Of a DNA stretch of 64,000 nt, positions 19,448-29,596 are shown one piece after another. The translations under genes and the position numbers were made by a program. The stretch is from positions 217,968-281,967 of the forward strand of contig JAOPTT010000002.1 in assembly GCA_051531975.1 (NCBI GenBank), read 5' to 3'. The notes under the pieces were generated by a model. The model made no database searches, was not told where the DNA came from, and saw only the letters and a list, made by a program, of their open reading frames with translations. The stretch is from Spirochaetaceae bacterium. GTDB taxonomy: Bacteria > Spirochaetota > Spirochaetia > DSM-2461. Every line of letters begins with the position of its first letter. The first letter of the stretch is position 1.

Positions 19448-21343
19448 ATGTCCATTATAGTTGATAAAATGACAGGTTTTAATTTGGGAAATCCAGAGTT
19501 AAAACCATTTAATAGTTTAGATATAACTTTACAAGAGGTTCAGGAATCTCTTAAACCAATGATTCTATCAGCATCTGGATGGAGAAAGGTTTTTGCAAAT
19601 GGTGGGGACGAAGAGTCAACAACTCCTGAAATCTCTAATACTGATAAAGTATTAGCATCAGCAATGGCTTTAGTATTCTCTAATTTTGTAAAAGAAAAAA
19701 CTGGTATAAGTAACCCAGAGATTGTATTAGCTCAGGATAGTAGACATACCGGGACAGCAATTGCAGACTGTATGATTAGACTGTTTATAGCTGAAGGTTT
19801 AACTATTCAATATCTGTTTATATCAGCGGCTCCAGAGGCTTTCTGTTATACAAAAATGGATAAAAAAGCTGACGGTTTTGCATATATCTCCGCAAGTCAT
19901 AACCCTATTGGACATAACGGTGTTAAGTTTGGTCTTAATACAGGTGGTGTTATAGACGGAACAATGGCTAAACCTCTGATTGAGAAATATAAGGAAGCTT
20001 TATCAAACCAGGAAAATATAGATAGTCTAATGGCAAAAGCTAATAGTGCAAATTCTGACAAGATAACTGAAGTTTATAATTCATCATCACAATACAGAGT
20101 TGCTGCTAAAAAAGCTTATACAGAATTTACTAACTTAGTAATTTCAGGTTCTACTGATACCCAGGTACAAAAGACATTTTTAAGTGACTTAAAGTCTAAA
20201 ATAGAAAAAAATGGATTTGGTATTGTTGCCGAGTTTAATGGTAGTGCTAGAACAGAGACAATAGATAGTGATTATCTGAATTCTATTGGTGTTAAAGTTA
20301 AAAGAGTTAACGATAAACCAAGACAGATTACCCATAGAATAGTACCAGAAGGTCGAAGTTTAAACCTTTGTAAAGAGGTATTAGAAGCTGAGTATAAAAA
20401 TGACAGTACTTTTGCTCTAGGTTATGTTCCAGATAACGATGGAGACCGGGGAAATGTTGTTTTTTACAATACTAAAAAAGGTGAAGCTGAAATCATAGAA
20501 GCACAGACTGTTTTTGCAATCTCTGTATTAGCTGAACTTTCATCTCTTTATTACAACGGTGGCCAGCCAGGTAAAGTAGCTGTTTGTGTTAACGGCCCTA
20601 CTTCCATGAGAATAGATGCCATGACAAAATGTTTTGGTGCAGAGACTTTTAGAGCAGAGGTTGGGGAAGCAAATGTTGTTAACCTGGCAGTTGCAAAAAG
20701 AGAGGAAGGTTATACTGTTCGAATCTTAGGTGAAGGATCAAATGGTGGTAACATCACTTTCCCTGCTGCAGTAAGGGATCCTTTAAATACAATTTCTGCA
20801 ATAATGAAGCTCTTAATGTTAACCTCGGAAGCTGATAACAAAGGTCTATTTGAAATTTGGTGTCAAAAAAGTAACCAGATGGATAAATACAAAATTGACT
20901 TCACTCTCTCCGACGTTATAGATTCTATTCCAGCTTTTATTACTACTAGTGCTTATGAAGATAGAGCTATGTTAAAAATTAAGAGTGAATCCCATGCTGT
21001 TTTAAAAAAGAACTACGAAGAACTATTTTTACAGGAGTGGGAACTTAAAAAAGTCATTCTTAAAGAGAAATACAACATAACTAGTTACCAAGAGATAAAC
21101 AGTGAAGGTCTAAATGAAGTTATCGGAATGGGTCCACATACTAGATCTGGTGCGGAATCTGGTGGTTTAAAGATTTTATTAAAAGATAACAATAACCAAA
21201 ACTCTGCATATCTATGGATGAGGGGTTCTGGAACAGAGCCTGTATTTAGAGTTTTAGTTGATTCAAAATCAGATAACTTAGAAAAAGAGGCTTTCCTATT
21301 AGATTGGCATACAAATATGATTAAAATTGCAGATACTAAATAG
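19448..21343 (+). CDS. Phosphohexomutase (PGM/PMM family)
   Basis: SASHNP, D.DGDR metal loop, GEGSNGG, RGSGTEP. Confidence 0.88.
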   Translation: MSIIVDKMTGFNLGNPELKPFNSLDITLQEVQESLKPMILSASGWRKVFANGGDEESTTPEISNTDKVLASAMALVFSNFVKEKTGISNPEIVLAQDSRHTGTAIADCMIRLFIAEGLTIQYLFISAAPEAFCYTKMDKKADGFAYISASHNPIGHNGVKFGLNTGGVIDGTMAKPLIEKYKEALSNQENIDSLMAKANSANSDKITEVYNSSSQYRVAAKKAYTEFTNLVISGSTDTQVQKTFLSDLKSKIEKNGFGIVAEFNGSARTETIDSDYLNSIGVKVKRVNDKPRQITHRIVPEGRSLNLCKEVLEAEYKNDSTFALGYVPDNDGDRGNVVFYNTKKGEAEIIEAQTVFAISVLAELSSLYYNGGQPGKVAVCVNGPTSMRIDAMTKCFGAETFRAEVGEANVVNLAVAKREEGYTVRILGEGSNGGNITFPAAVRDPLNTISAIMKLLMLTSEADNKGLFEIWCQKSNQMDKYKIDFTLSDVIDSIPAFITTSAYEDRAMLKIKSESHAVLKKNYEELFLQEWELKKVILKEKYNITSYQEINSEGLNEVIGMGPHTRSGAESGGLKILLKDNNNQNSAYLWMRGSGTEPVFRVLVDSKSDNLEKEAFLLDWHTNMIKIADTK

Positions 21344-21350
21344 TAAGAAA

Positions 21351-21387
21351 TAAGCAATCTAGATCTTATAATTATCTAGGTTGCTTA
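21351..21387. terminator. Hairpin between convergent genes
   Basis: taagcaatctagat...atctaggttgctta. Confidence 0.65.
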
Positions 21388-21398
21388 ATAAAGTAGTC

Positions 21399-22820
21399 CT
21401 AACCTCTAAACCTAAATAGGAACTTTAATAGCCTTCTATTTCTACTGTTAAACAGTTTAGATGAATAATAGTTACCTGCAACCTCTCTATGTATCTCGCC
21501 AAGTGTTGGATATGGATATATTGGAGACAAAAATGTTGACAGTTTTTTACCAATTGTCATTATAGATGGAAGAATCAATTCACCTGCACTATAAGAAACA
21601 ATCTGTGTACCAATAACTCTATCTTTTTTATCAATTAATACCTTAATTTTACCTTCTGTTTTTCCCTCGGCATGGGCACGGTCTATATCATCAACTTCCG
21701 CTTCTACTACTTTATAAAATATCCCAGCTTCTTTAGCTCTGACTTCGTTATACCCAATAGAGGAAATCTCTGGTTTTGTATAAGTACACCAAGGAACAAC
21801 CTGATAGTTCATTTTACTTTTTATACCAAATATATTTTTCTTTATTGCATTGGAAGCTTCAGCTCCCGCAACATGGGTAAAGAGGAACTTTCCGTTACAG
21901 TCTCCTATTGCCATAATGTGTTTTTGTGATGTTCTAAGGTATTTATCAACTTTAATAAAACTATTTTTTAGATCTATACCAATATCCTCTAACCCTAAAC
22001 CAGATGTATTTCCTTCTCTACCTACAGATAATAAAATAGTATCGGCTTCGACACATAAATTTTTAGCATGACCGGTATAAAGAACTCTTTTAGTATGATG
22101 AAACTCAGTTACACTATTTATTTTTGCATTAAATATAAGTTCAACACCTGAATTTAGTAGATCGTCCTGTACTATTTTTGACATATCAGAATCTTCTTTA
22201 GGCAAAATTGTAGCTGAATCTGTTATAATTGTTACCTTTGTTCCCAATTTAGATAAAGCCTGACTTAGCTCTATACCTATAGGTCCCGCACCTATTGTAA
22301 CCAGTGTTTTAGGTAATTTTTTAAGTGAAAAAATATCTCTATTAGTTATATACCCAGTATCTTTTAAACCTGGGATATTAATAAACCTTGGAGATGAACC
22401 AGTTGCTATAATTATTTTTTTTGAAGATAATTCATCACCGTTTTTAAGTTGAAGAGTATATTTATCTTTGAACTTTACTGTTGTTAAATAGACGTCACAA
22501 CCTAAATCCCTAAACCGCTGTGGGGAGTCGTGGTATTCTAGATCCTTAATTATATTTTGTACCCTATCGTTTATTAGTTGCATATCAACTTCAGGTTTTT
22601 TTATTTTAGGTAGGCCTAACTTTTCAGTATGGGACATACTCTCATAAAAATCCGCAGATTTAATTAAACTTTTACTTGGAACACAACCAAAATGCAGACA
22701 GGCTCCACCTAACTGCCCTTTATCTATTAATGCGGTTTTAAGTCCTAATTGTGCTGCACCGGAAGCAACAGACAGTCCCGCGGCTCCACCACCAATAATA
22801 ATAATATCATGGCTAAACAT
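21399..22820 (-). CDS. Pyridine nucleotide-disulfide oxidoreductase (LpdA/MerA-like family)
   Basis: GGGAAG, GGACLHFGCVPSK, GAGPIGIE, FTHVA, PYPTLGE. Confidence 0.88.
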   Translation of the reverse strand: MFSHDIIIIGGGAAGLSVASGAAQLGLKTALIDKGQLGGACLHFGCVPSKSLIKSADFYESMSHTEKLGLPKIKKPEVDMQLINDRVQNIIKDLEYHDSPQRFRDLGCDVYLTTVKFKDKYTLQLKNGDELSSKKIIIATGSSPRFINIPGLKDTGYITNRDIFSLKKLPKTLVTIGAGPIGIELSQALSKLGTKVTIITDSATILPKEDSDMSKIVQDDLLNSGVELIFNAKINSVTEFHHTKRVLYTGHAKNLCVEADTILLSVGREGNTSGLGLEDIGIDLKNSFIKVDKYLRTSQKHIMAIGDCNGKFLFTHVAGAEASNAIKKNIFGIKSKMNYQVVPWCTYTKPEISSIGYNEVRAKEAGIFYKVVEAEVDDIDRAHAEGKTEGKIKVLIDKKDRVIGTQIVSYSAGELILPSIMTIGKKLSTFLSPIYPYPTLGEIHREVAGNYYSSKLFNSRNRRLLKFLFRFRG

Positions 22821-23499
22821 CTTTTTTACCTTTTATTTTTTTGACAATAACTGGAACTAGGGATAACAACCCTAATAGAACAAAAGCTATAATAACCTCT
22901 TTTGACAGTAGTGGACCTTCAACGACCGTAGTTGTTCCTGCATATCCTAAATAGGCATAAATAATTGAACCTGGTATAATTCCCACCGAAGTAGTCCATA
23001 TAAACTTTTTAGCAGAAACATTTGTTAAACCTGCTAATATGTTAATTAAGAAAAATGGAAATAGTGGTATAAACCTAAGTGTTAATAGGTAGTTAGAACC
23101 ATTTTTGTCAAGCTCATTATTAAACTTTTTTAGCTGAGGTTCATACTTTTGTTGAACACTATTCCCTAGTAGGTATCTTGTTATTAAAAAGATTATTAAC
23201 GCACCAATTGTTGCACCAACATTTATGTAAATAGGGGCAAAAACAGGACCAAATAAAAAACCTCCGGTAATAGTTAATAAAGTAGCTCCCGGAACTGATA
23301 AGGCTACTGTTAATATATAAACTAGTATAAAAATAACCGTAGTAGGAATATAGTATTGTTCAACTTGATTTAATAAAAGATCCCTACTTTCTGTTATTCT
23401 AGATAGATCTATAAGCTGACCTACATTTGTAAATTTTATTATAATAAATAGGGCTATTATACTAACTAATAATACTGTTTTTTTAATATTTTTCTTCAT
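22813..23499 (-). CDS. TVP38/TMEM64 (DedA/VTT) membrane protein
   Basis: PG...LT..GG.LFG, GAT.GA, LR..P..PF..IN..AG. Confidence 0.88.
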   Translation of the reverse strand: MKKNIKKTVLLVSIIALFIIIKFTNVGQLIDLSRITESRDLLLNQVEQYYIPTTVIFILVYILTVALSVPGATLLTITGGFLFGPVFAPIYINVGATIGALIIFLITRYLLGNSVQQKYEPQLKKFNNELDKNGSNYLLTLRFIPLFPFFLINILAGLTNVSAKKFIWTTSVGIIPGSIIYAYLGYAGTTTVVEGPLLSKEVIIAFVLLGLLSLVPVIVKKIKGKKDV

Positions 23500-24250
23500 G
23501 CAGTAATCTCCTATGTAAAACCTCTATAAGTGTAAATAGAACAATTGGAATCAGTAAAAATATTATTGATAAAACTGATGATATATTTAAATCTTCAGAC
23601 CTTAAAAATGGAACAAGATAACCAGTAAATGAATTTACCCTTCCCCCTCCAATTAAAAAGACTAAAAAGTAAGATGAAAAAGATGATAAAAACACAACTG
23701 TCCCCCCTGATATGACAGAGGGTAATAGTAGTGGCAGATGAACTTTAACTATTCTAGTAAATAAGTTTGCACCAAGATTTTTTGCGCTTACATCTAAGTT
23801 GTGAGAGTATAGAGAAAAACCAGCAATTAGGGATCTTAATAGGTATGGATAAGAAAACATTGTTAAAACTATTGTTACTCCTATAAAACTGTCAGATAGT
23901 CCTAATTTAATAAATATCCAGTGAATTCCCATAGAATAGGTTATAGATGGTATTAAAACTGGAGATAGTAGTAGAGCCTCTAATATACTCTTTCCAACAA
24001 ACTCATTCCTTGCTAAATAGGATGCTGGTAATATTGTAATAAGCAGAGAAAAAACAACTGATAACAGTGAAAAACCCAAGGATGTAAATATCGATAAGGT
24101 TATAGGGTTTATATTTTTAACTAAAAACTTTATCCCTCTTAAATTATAGCTTCTAGGTAGTAGATCAGGGTATTTCCAGATCCCTACAAATATATAAAAT
24201 ACTAAAAATAGTGGAGGTATTAAAAAGAATAAAACAAAGATCTTTTTCAT
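23483..24250 (-). CDS. ABC transporter permease (YnjC-like, C-half)
   Basis: EAA-like loop SAKNLGAN; W.YPDLLP. Confidence 0.85.
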   Translation of the reverse strand: MKKIFVLFFLIPPLFLVFYIFVGIWKYPDLLPRSYNLRGIKFLVKNINPITLSIFTSLGFSLLSVVFSLLITILPASYLARNEFVGKSILEALLLSPVLIPSITYSMGIHWIFIKLGLSDSFIGVTIVLTMFSYPYLLRSLIAGFSLYSHNLDVSAKNLGANLFTRIVKVHLPLLLPSVISGGTVVFLSSFSSYFLVFLIGGGRVNSFTGYLVPFLRSEDLNISSVLSIIFLLIPIVLFTLIEVLHRRLLHEEKY

Positions 24251-25113
24251 AATTTCCTCCCTACAATTGATATTTTCCTAACAAAAAATGTATATAAAAC
24301 AACAAATAGAGAAGAAAATATAAACAGAATAATTAAAGATGCCATAGCAACAGGTCTTAAATCTAATCCCATTTCAAAATAAAGTTTGTATATATAAATA
24401 GGGATCATCTCAGGTCTACTAGCACCTAATAAAAATGGTATTTCAAATGAACCTAAACTAAATAAAAATAGAATAATAAATGTACTGTTAATTACAGGTT
24501 TTAAAATTGGAATAAGTATCTTTGAAAAAATATCAAACTTGTTTCCTCCAAGATTTTTAGCTGCTATAATTAGATTATTATCGATTTTAGAGTATATAGC
24601 TAATTGTAAAAGTATAACAAATGGAACTTCTTTATATATATAAGCAAATATAATACCTAAACCATGTTCCCCACTTATAATATTGGGGAACTCTGCTGAA
24701 CTAGTAATAATGTTTAACTTAAACAATAGGGTTGATATCAATCCACTATTTGAAAAAAATATTTGAACAAAAAAAGCTGCTATTATATGAGGTAAAATTA
24801 GTGGAATTTTATATAAGATAACCCACTTCTTATTTATCGAGGCCGTATCCCATAAATTATATGCAATAGATGAACCAATTGATATTGATAAAAAAGCGGA
24901 TAAAAAAGCTATTTTAATTGAGTATAAAAATGATGAAATAAACCACCGATCTTGAAACAACTGTCTATAAGAATCAAAACCAGTGTATATAGTTTTTGTC
25001 GGTGTTAAATAACCAACAGATTGTAAAAAAGCAAAAACAACTGCAAATAGGAAAAAGAGAATAAATGGAATTAGTATAGGCAGTAGTTTAAGTTTTTCAC
25101 TTTTTAAGAACAT
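24247..25113 (-). CDS. ABC transporter permease (YnjC-like, N-half)
   Basis: P.ILPH, YKEVPF, AAKNLGG, FEIPFLLG. Confidence 0.85.
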   Translation of the reverse strand: MFLKSEKLKLLPILIPFILFFLFAVVFAFLQSVGYLTPTKTIYTGFDSYRQLFQDRWFISSFLYSIKIAFLSAFLSISIGSSIAYNLWDTASINKKWVILYKIPLILPHIIAAFFVQIFFSNSGLISTLLFKLNIITSSAEFPNIISGEHGLGIIFAYIYKEVPFVILLQLAIYSKIDNNLIIAAKNLGGNKFDIFSKILIPILKPVINSTFIILFLFSLGSFEIPFLLGASRPEMIPIYIYKLYFEMGLDLRPVAMASLIILFIFSSLFVVLYTFFVRKISIVGRKL

Positions 25114-26305
25114 ATTTATCCCAGCCTTTCTCCAAAGCTTCAAGATATTCTGATGGGATCTCTGGAACTGCATATTTATCTAGTGTATCAATACCTACTG
25201 TAGCTTTCCCTAGATCTAAAGAGAGGAACTTATCTGTATAGTTTGAACTTAGTTTATCCATTGATAAAACAGTAAAATCTCCCCAATTGTCTGGACTGTT
25301 TTTAGATAACTGAACCCCTGGAGATATCAATAGATTAGACAGTAGTAGTGCTCCAGCTCTATTAGGAGAGTTAAATGGAATTGCTGTATAATGCATATTG
25401 GATAAAGAGCCATCAGTAAAAATAAAACTTCTAACACTTTCTGGGTAAAGACCTTCATTTATCTTATTCTGAGCAGCAGTTTGGGTAAATGACATTGTAA
25501 ATCCAACTTCTCCTCTACTAAACAGTTTATCTAAAGCGGAGAGTTCTTTAGGATAATTTTTTCCTTTACTCCATAAATATGGTTCAAGTTCATTTAGATA
25601 ATCCCATAATACCTGGGATTTTTTTGTAAATAGTTCTAAATCAAACTTACCTTGGTACTGTTCATGCCCTCCAGTTAAAGAATAGAAGGCATGCTTAATA
25701 AATGCTGAGCCAGTAAAGTCTGGTGGCTGGGGATATGTAAATAACCCAGGATTACTTTTTGCCCAGCTAAGAAGTTCTTTAAAATTATTAGGATGATCTT
25801 TTATTTGTGCGCTATCATAAATATAGTTAAACTGGGCTTTCCCATATGGTAGTTCATAACCGTCTATTGGAAATCCACTATCAGATTCACTACTTTTTGG
25901 ATCTATATACATTTGAAAGTTTGGTAATTTATTAAGATAGGGACCATATAAAACCTCTGCTTGTTTAGCATTTTTAAAGTTTTCTCCATTAATCCAAACT
26001 AAATCGATATCTCCAATTAGCTTTTTAGCAGATTTTTCTACAATTAACTTATTAACAAAAACTGAAGCATCCATAGGAACTCGAACCAGCTTCATATCGT
26101 ATTTTATTTTTAGCTCTTTTGCGACATAATCATCTATCCAGCTGTTTATCTGTTCTGAACCACCCCACATGTAAAACCTAACTTCTGAACCTATTGCTAT
26201 TTTTTCTATTTCATTAAAATCTAGTGATTCAACTGAAACAACATTTTCTTTTTTACATGATAAAACTAATATTAAAATGGCTATTGTAACTATTTTTTTT
26301 AACAT
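25097..26305 (-). CDS. ABC substrate-binding lipoprotein, YnjB-like
   Basis: F.MWGG...IN, DLVWINGENF, G.E.P.GKAQF, FTYPQPPDFTGSAF, H..AIPFN. Confidence 0.85.
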   Translation of the reverse strand: MLKKIVTIAILILVLSCKKENVVSVESLDFNEIEKIAIGSEVRFYMWGGSEQINSWIDDYVAKELKIKYDMKLVRVPMDASVFVNKLIVEKSAKKLIGDIDLVWINGENFKNAKQAEVLYGPYLNKLPNFQMYIDPKSSESDSGFPIDGYELPYGKAQFNYIYDSAQIKDHPNNFKELLSWAKSNPGLFTYPQPPDFTGSAFIKHAFYSLTGGHEQYQGKFDLELFTKKSQVLWDYLNELEPYLWSKGKNYPKELSALDKLFSRGEVGFTMSFTQTAAQNKINEGLYPESVRSFIFTDGSLSNMHYTAIPFNSPNRAGALLLSNLLISPGVQLSKNSPDNWGDFTVLSMDKLSSNYTDKFLSLDLGKATVGIDTLDKYAVPEIPSEYLEALEKGWDKYVLKK

Positions 26306-26306
26306 T

Positions 26307-27266
26307 TTATTCCTCCATTAAATAATTATTAATATTTATAGAGACTCTATCTCTAACTTTTAAACTACTATTCATACTACAACTTATATAATTTAAACCA
26401 TTACAAATAACGATATATCGAATAGTTTCTCCGTTATATATAATGTTTTGAATCTGGGCGATGCTACTATCATCTTTTATAATTTCTATATCGTTTGCCC
26501 GTACACAAATATTACTCTTTGGTTGTATACCTTTAATATTTAGATGTCTAAATTCATTAATAGGGATTCGATTAACAGGTCCTATAAACTCAGCAGCCTT
26601 AACATTATGAGGAGAATTAAATAGATCTTTTGTAGTTCTAAGTTCTAATAATTCACCATCTAATAACACACCAATTTTATCGCTCATTGCAAATGCTTCC
26701 CTCTGATCATGTGTAACACATATTGTTGTTACATTAAAATCTTTTTGGGTTTTACGTATAAACTGAGCAGTATCTGACTTAAGGTTATAATCTAAATTTG
26801 CAAATGGTTCATCTAACAATAAAAGTGATGGCTCTACAACCATTGCCCTTGCTATTGCAACTCTCTGCTTCTCTCCTGCTGACAGTTCATCAGGGAATTT
26901 TTCTGTTTTATTTGATAAACCAAAATAGTCCAAATATTCTAATACTTTTGTTTTTATATACTCTTTTCCTAACTTTCTAGCTTTAAGCCCAAATGCAACA
27001 TTATTATAAACATCCATATGTGGAAATAGTTGATAATCTTGAAACACTATGATTCTAGGCCTGTCTTTTGATGGTTCTGGAATAAAAGACATGTTACCTG
27101 AACTTGGTTTTAATAGACCTGTAATTATTTTTAATAAAGTCGTTTTCCCTGCGCCTGAAGGTCCAATAATGGAGATAATATCACCATGACTAATTTCCAT
27201 GCTAACATCTTTTAATACAGTGTTTTCACCATATTTATAATAAATATTATTTAATTTGCACTGCAT
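26307..27266 (-). CDS. ABC ATP-binding subunit (YnjD/PotA-like)
   Basis: GPSGAGKTT, LSAGEKQR, LLLDEPF, VTHD. Confidence 0.9.
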   Translation of the reverse strand: MQCKLNNIYYKYGENTVLKDVSMEISHGDIISIIGPSGAGKTTLLKIITGLLKPSSGNMSFIPEPSKDRPRIIVFQDYQLFPHMDVYNNVAFGLKARKLGKEYIKTKVLEYLDYFGLSNKTEKFPDELSAGEKQRVAIARAMVVEPSLLLLDEPFANLDYNLKSDTAQFIRKTQKDFNVTTICVTHDQREAFAMSDKIGVLLDGELLELRTTKDLFNSPHNVKAAEFIGPVNRIPINEFRHLNIKGIQPKSNICVRANDIEIIKDDSSIAQIQNIIYNGETIRYIVICNGLNYISCSMNSSLKVRDRVSININNYLMEE

Positions 27267-27293
27267 AATTTGATTATCGTCTATAATTAAATT

Positions 27294-28076
27294 ATGAACA
27301 ATATAAGAATAATTACTTTTATCAGTATAACAATTTTAATAGCAATACTAGAATTTGTTATACCCCAAAAGAAGAGGAATCACTCCAGGTGGTTTAGATG
27401 GTCAAATAACATATTAATAGTACTTTTAAATAGATTGATAACACCACTTTTTTTATTAATTCCTATATTTATAATTGATCCACCTATAAATGGATTATTA
27501 GATCTGTTGAACTTTGGATTTTATTTTAACTTCATTATTGGGTTTATACTTTTAGATATAATAATTTACTTCCAACATAGGATTTTCCATGTTGTACCAA
27601 TTTTTTGGGCATTACATAAAATGCACCACACAGATAGGGACTTAGACTTTACAAGTGCCCTAAGATTCCACCCTTTAGAGATATTACTATCAATGTTAAT
27701 TAAACTACTTTTTGTATGGGTAATAGGAATAGATTTGACTACTTTAATTATATTTGAAATATCTATTAATACATTCGCTATTTTTAACCATGGGAATTTT
27801 AGAATTAATAATAAGTTAAATGATTTTATTCAAAAAATTATTATTACTCCTAACATACATCGAATCCACCACTCAACAAAATTAAAAGAGTGTAACAGTA
27901 ATTATGGAACAATTTTTATATTTTGGGACAAATTATTTAGATCCATAGTTTTAGAACCTCAGTTAGGTCATTTAAAAATGAACTTAGGGGTTCCTGGGTA
28001 TAAAGATAAAAAATACCAAAAAATACACTGGCTAATTATTACACCATTTACAAATAAGGAGCCCAAAATTGTTTGA
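27294..28076 (+). CDS. Sterol desaturase / fatty acid hydroxylase family protein
   Basis: His boxes HRIFH, HKMHH, FNH, HRIHH, plus RFHPLE and NYG. Confidence 0.9.
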   Translation: MNNIRIITFISITILIAILEFVIPQKKRNHSRWFRWSNNILIVLLNRLITPLFLLIPIFIIDPPINGLLDLLNFGFYFNFIIGFILLDIIIYFQHRIFHVVPIFWALHKMHHTDRDLDFTSALRFHPLEILLSMLIKLLFVWVIGIDLTTLIIFEISINTFAIFNHGNFRINNKLNDFIQKIIITPNIHRIHHSTKLKECNSNYGTIFIFWDKLFRSIVLEPQLGHLKMNLGVPGYKDKKYQKIHWLIITPFTNKEPKIV

Positions 28077-28677
28077 TACAGCTTTAAGGCCTATAAAAGA
28101 GAGAATATTATTACCATTTGCTAAATTTTTAGCTAAATATATATCCCCTAATAAAATGACAATGATATCTCTAGTTTTGGGTATATTAGCTTTTTTTACA
28201 GTTTTGTTAGGTCTATATAAGATTGCTTTAATATGTTGGGTACTAAATAGAATTACAGATGGTTTAGATGGAACTATTGCTAGGATCTCTGAAACACAGA
28301 GTGATTATGGTGGATATATTGATATAATGAGCGATTTTCTAATATATGCAATAATTCCAATAGCATTTGTAATGAATAGAGGTTTTATTAAATTAGAGAC
28401 AATATTATTAGTATTTATGTTAGCAGCTTTTTATATAAACTCAGCTTCATGGATGTATCTATCAGCCATCTTAGAAAAAAGAAATTATTTGTCACAGAAA
28501 AGTTTAACATCTGTAAATATGCCCAAGGGGTTAGCAGAGGGTTTTGAAACAATAATAATTTATACACTTTTTTTTATTTTACCAGATCAAATTGTTATAC
28601 TATTTATTGTTATAAGTGTTTTAGCTTTAATTGGTTCGATTCAGAGAATTATATGGGCGAAAAAGGAAATCAAATGA
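28069..28677 (+). CDS. CDP-alcohol phosphatidyltransferase (YnjF-like)
   Basis: PN.MT, DGLDG.IAR....S.YGG..D...D, GLAEG.ET. Confidence 0.88.
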   Translation: MFDTALRPIKERILLPFAKFLAKYISPNKMTMISLVLGILAFFTVLLGLYKIALICWVLNRITDGLDGTIARISETQSDYGGYIDIMSDFLIYAIIPIAFVMNRGFIKLETILLVFMLAAFYINSASWMYLSAILEKRNYLSQKSLTSVNMPKGLAEGFETIIIYTLFFILPDQIVILFIVISVLALIGSIQRIIWAKKEIK

Positions 28678-28711
28678 ACTACTATAATTAGAATAGATAC
28701 AGCTATTAGAG

Positions 28712-29596
28712 CTATTTAAATATAACTCTATTTTTCCCTGTCTCTTTGCCATCATATAGACCTATATCGCACCTTTTTATGGCGGCTTCTAATTTGTCTT
28801 TTTCGGTTAATATTGATATACCAAATGTCATAGTAACTTTATGTTTGTGATTATTAAATTCAAATATATAATTTTCAATTGTATGGCGAATTTTCTCTCC
28901 AACATCTAGTGCACCCTCTTTTTTTATTTGTGGAAAATATAAAAGGAACTCCTCTCCTCCCCAACGGCCAAATAGATCTTCAGATCTTATATTTTCCCTT
29001 ATAATTGCGGCTATACTCTGTAATACATAATCACCATAATCATGGCCATATGTATCGTTTATAACTTTAAAATCATCTATGTCACCTAACATAAGATAGC
29101 CCTCTGTTCCACCTCTAGATAACCTATGGTATTCAACCTCTAATTTATCTACAATTCCACGTCTATTATCTATCCTAGTTAGAGGATCAGTTATAGAACA
29201 TCTAAGCAGATCTTTTTTTAGTTTATGAAGTTCAAGGTGAGTCTTAATTCGGATTTTAAGTTCAGCTTGATGAAATGGTTTTTTAATATAATCTATTCCA
29301 CCAACTTCAAACCCCTTAACAACATTTTCAACATCACTGAATGCAGTCAAGAAAATTACAGGTATATTTTTTAATCTCTGATCTCTTTTTATATACTCAC
29401 AAACTTCATATCCATTCATATCTGGCATTGAGATATCTAATAATACCAGATCAGGAATACTATCTTCCATTGCTGCAATAGCCGATTTACCACTGGTAGC
29501 CATAATTAGTTCATAGGGTTCATTCACTAAATGACTAGCGATCACTTGTAAATTTTTGGGGATATCATCTACGATAAGAATTTCTTGATCAGACAC
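28712..29596 (-). CDS. Response regulator REC-GGDEF diguanylate cyclase
   Basis: IVDD, LDISMP, KPF; RWGGEEF. Confidence 0.9.
   Translation of the reverse strand: MSDQEILIVDDIPKNLQVIASHLVNEPYELIMATSGKSAIAAMEDSIPDLVLLDISMPDMNGYEVCEYIKRDQRLKNIPVIFLTAFSDVENVVKGFEVGGIDYIKKPFHQAELKIRIKTHLELHKLKKDLLRCSITDPLTRIDNRRGIVDKLEVEYHRLSRGGTEGYLMLGDIDDFKVINDTYGHDYGDYVLQSIAAIIRENIRSEDLFGRWGGEEFLLYFPQIKKEGALDVGEKIRHTIENYIFEFNNHKHKVTMTFGISILTEKDKLEAAIKRCDIGLYDGKETGKNRVIFK

Noticed and set aside
21399..22820. Mercuric reductase MerA
   Set aside because: It lacks the C-terminal Cys-Cys pair and NmerA domain, and no mer genes are nearby.
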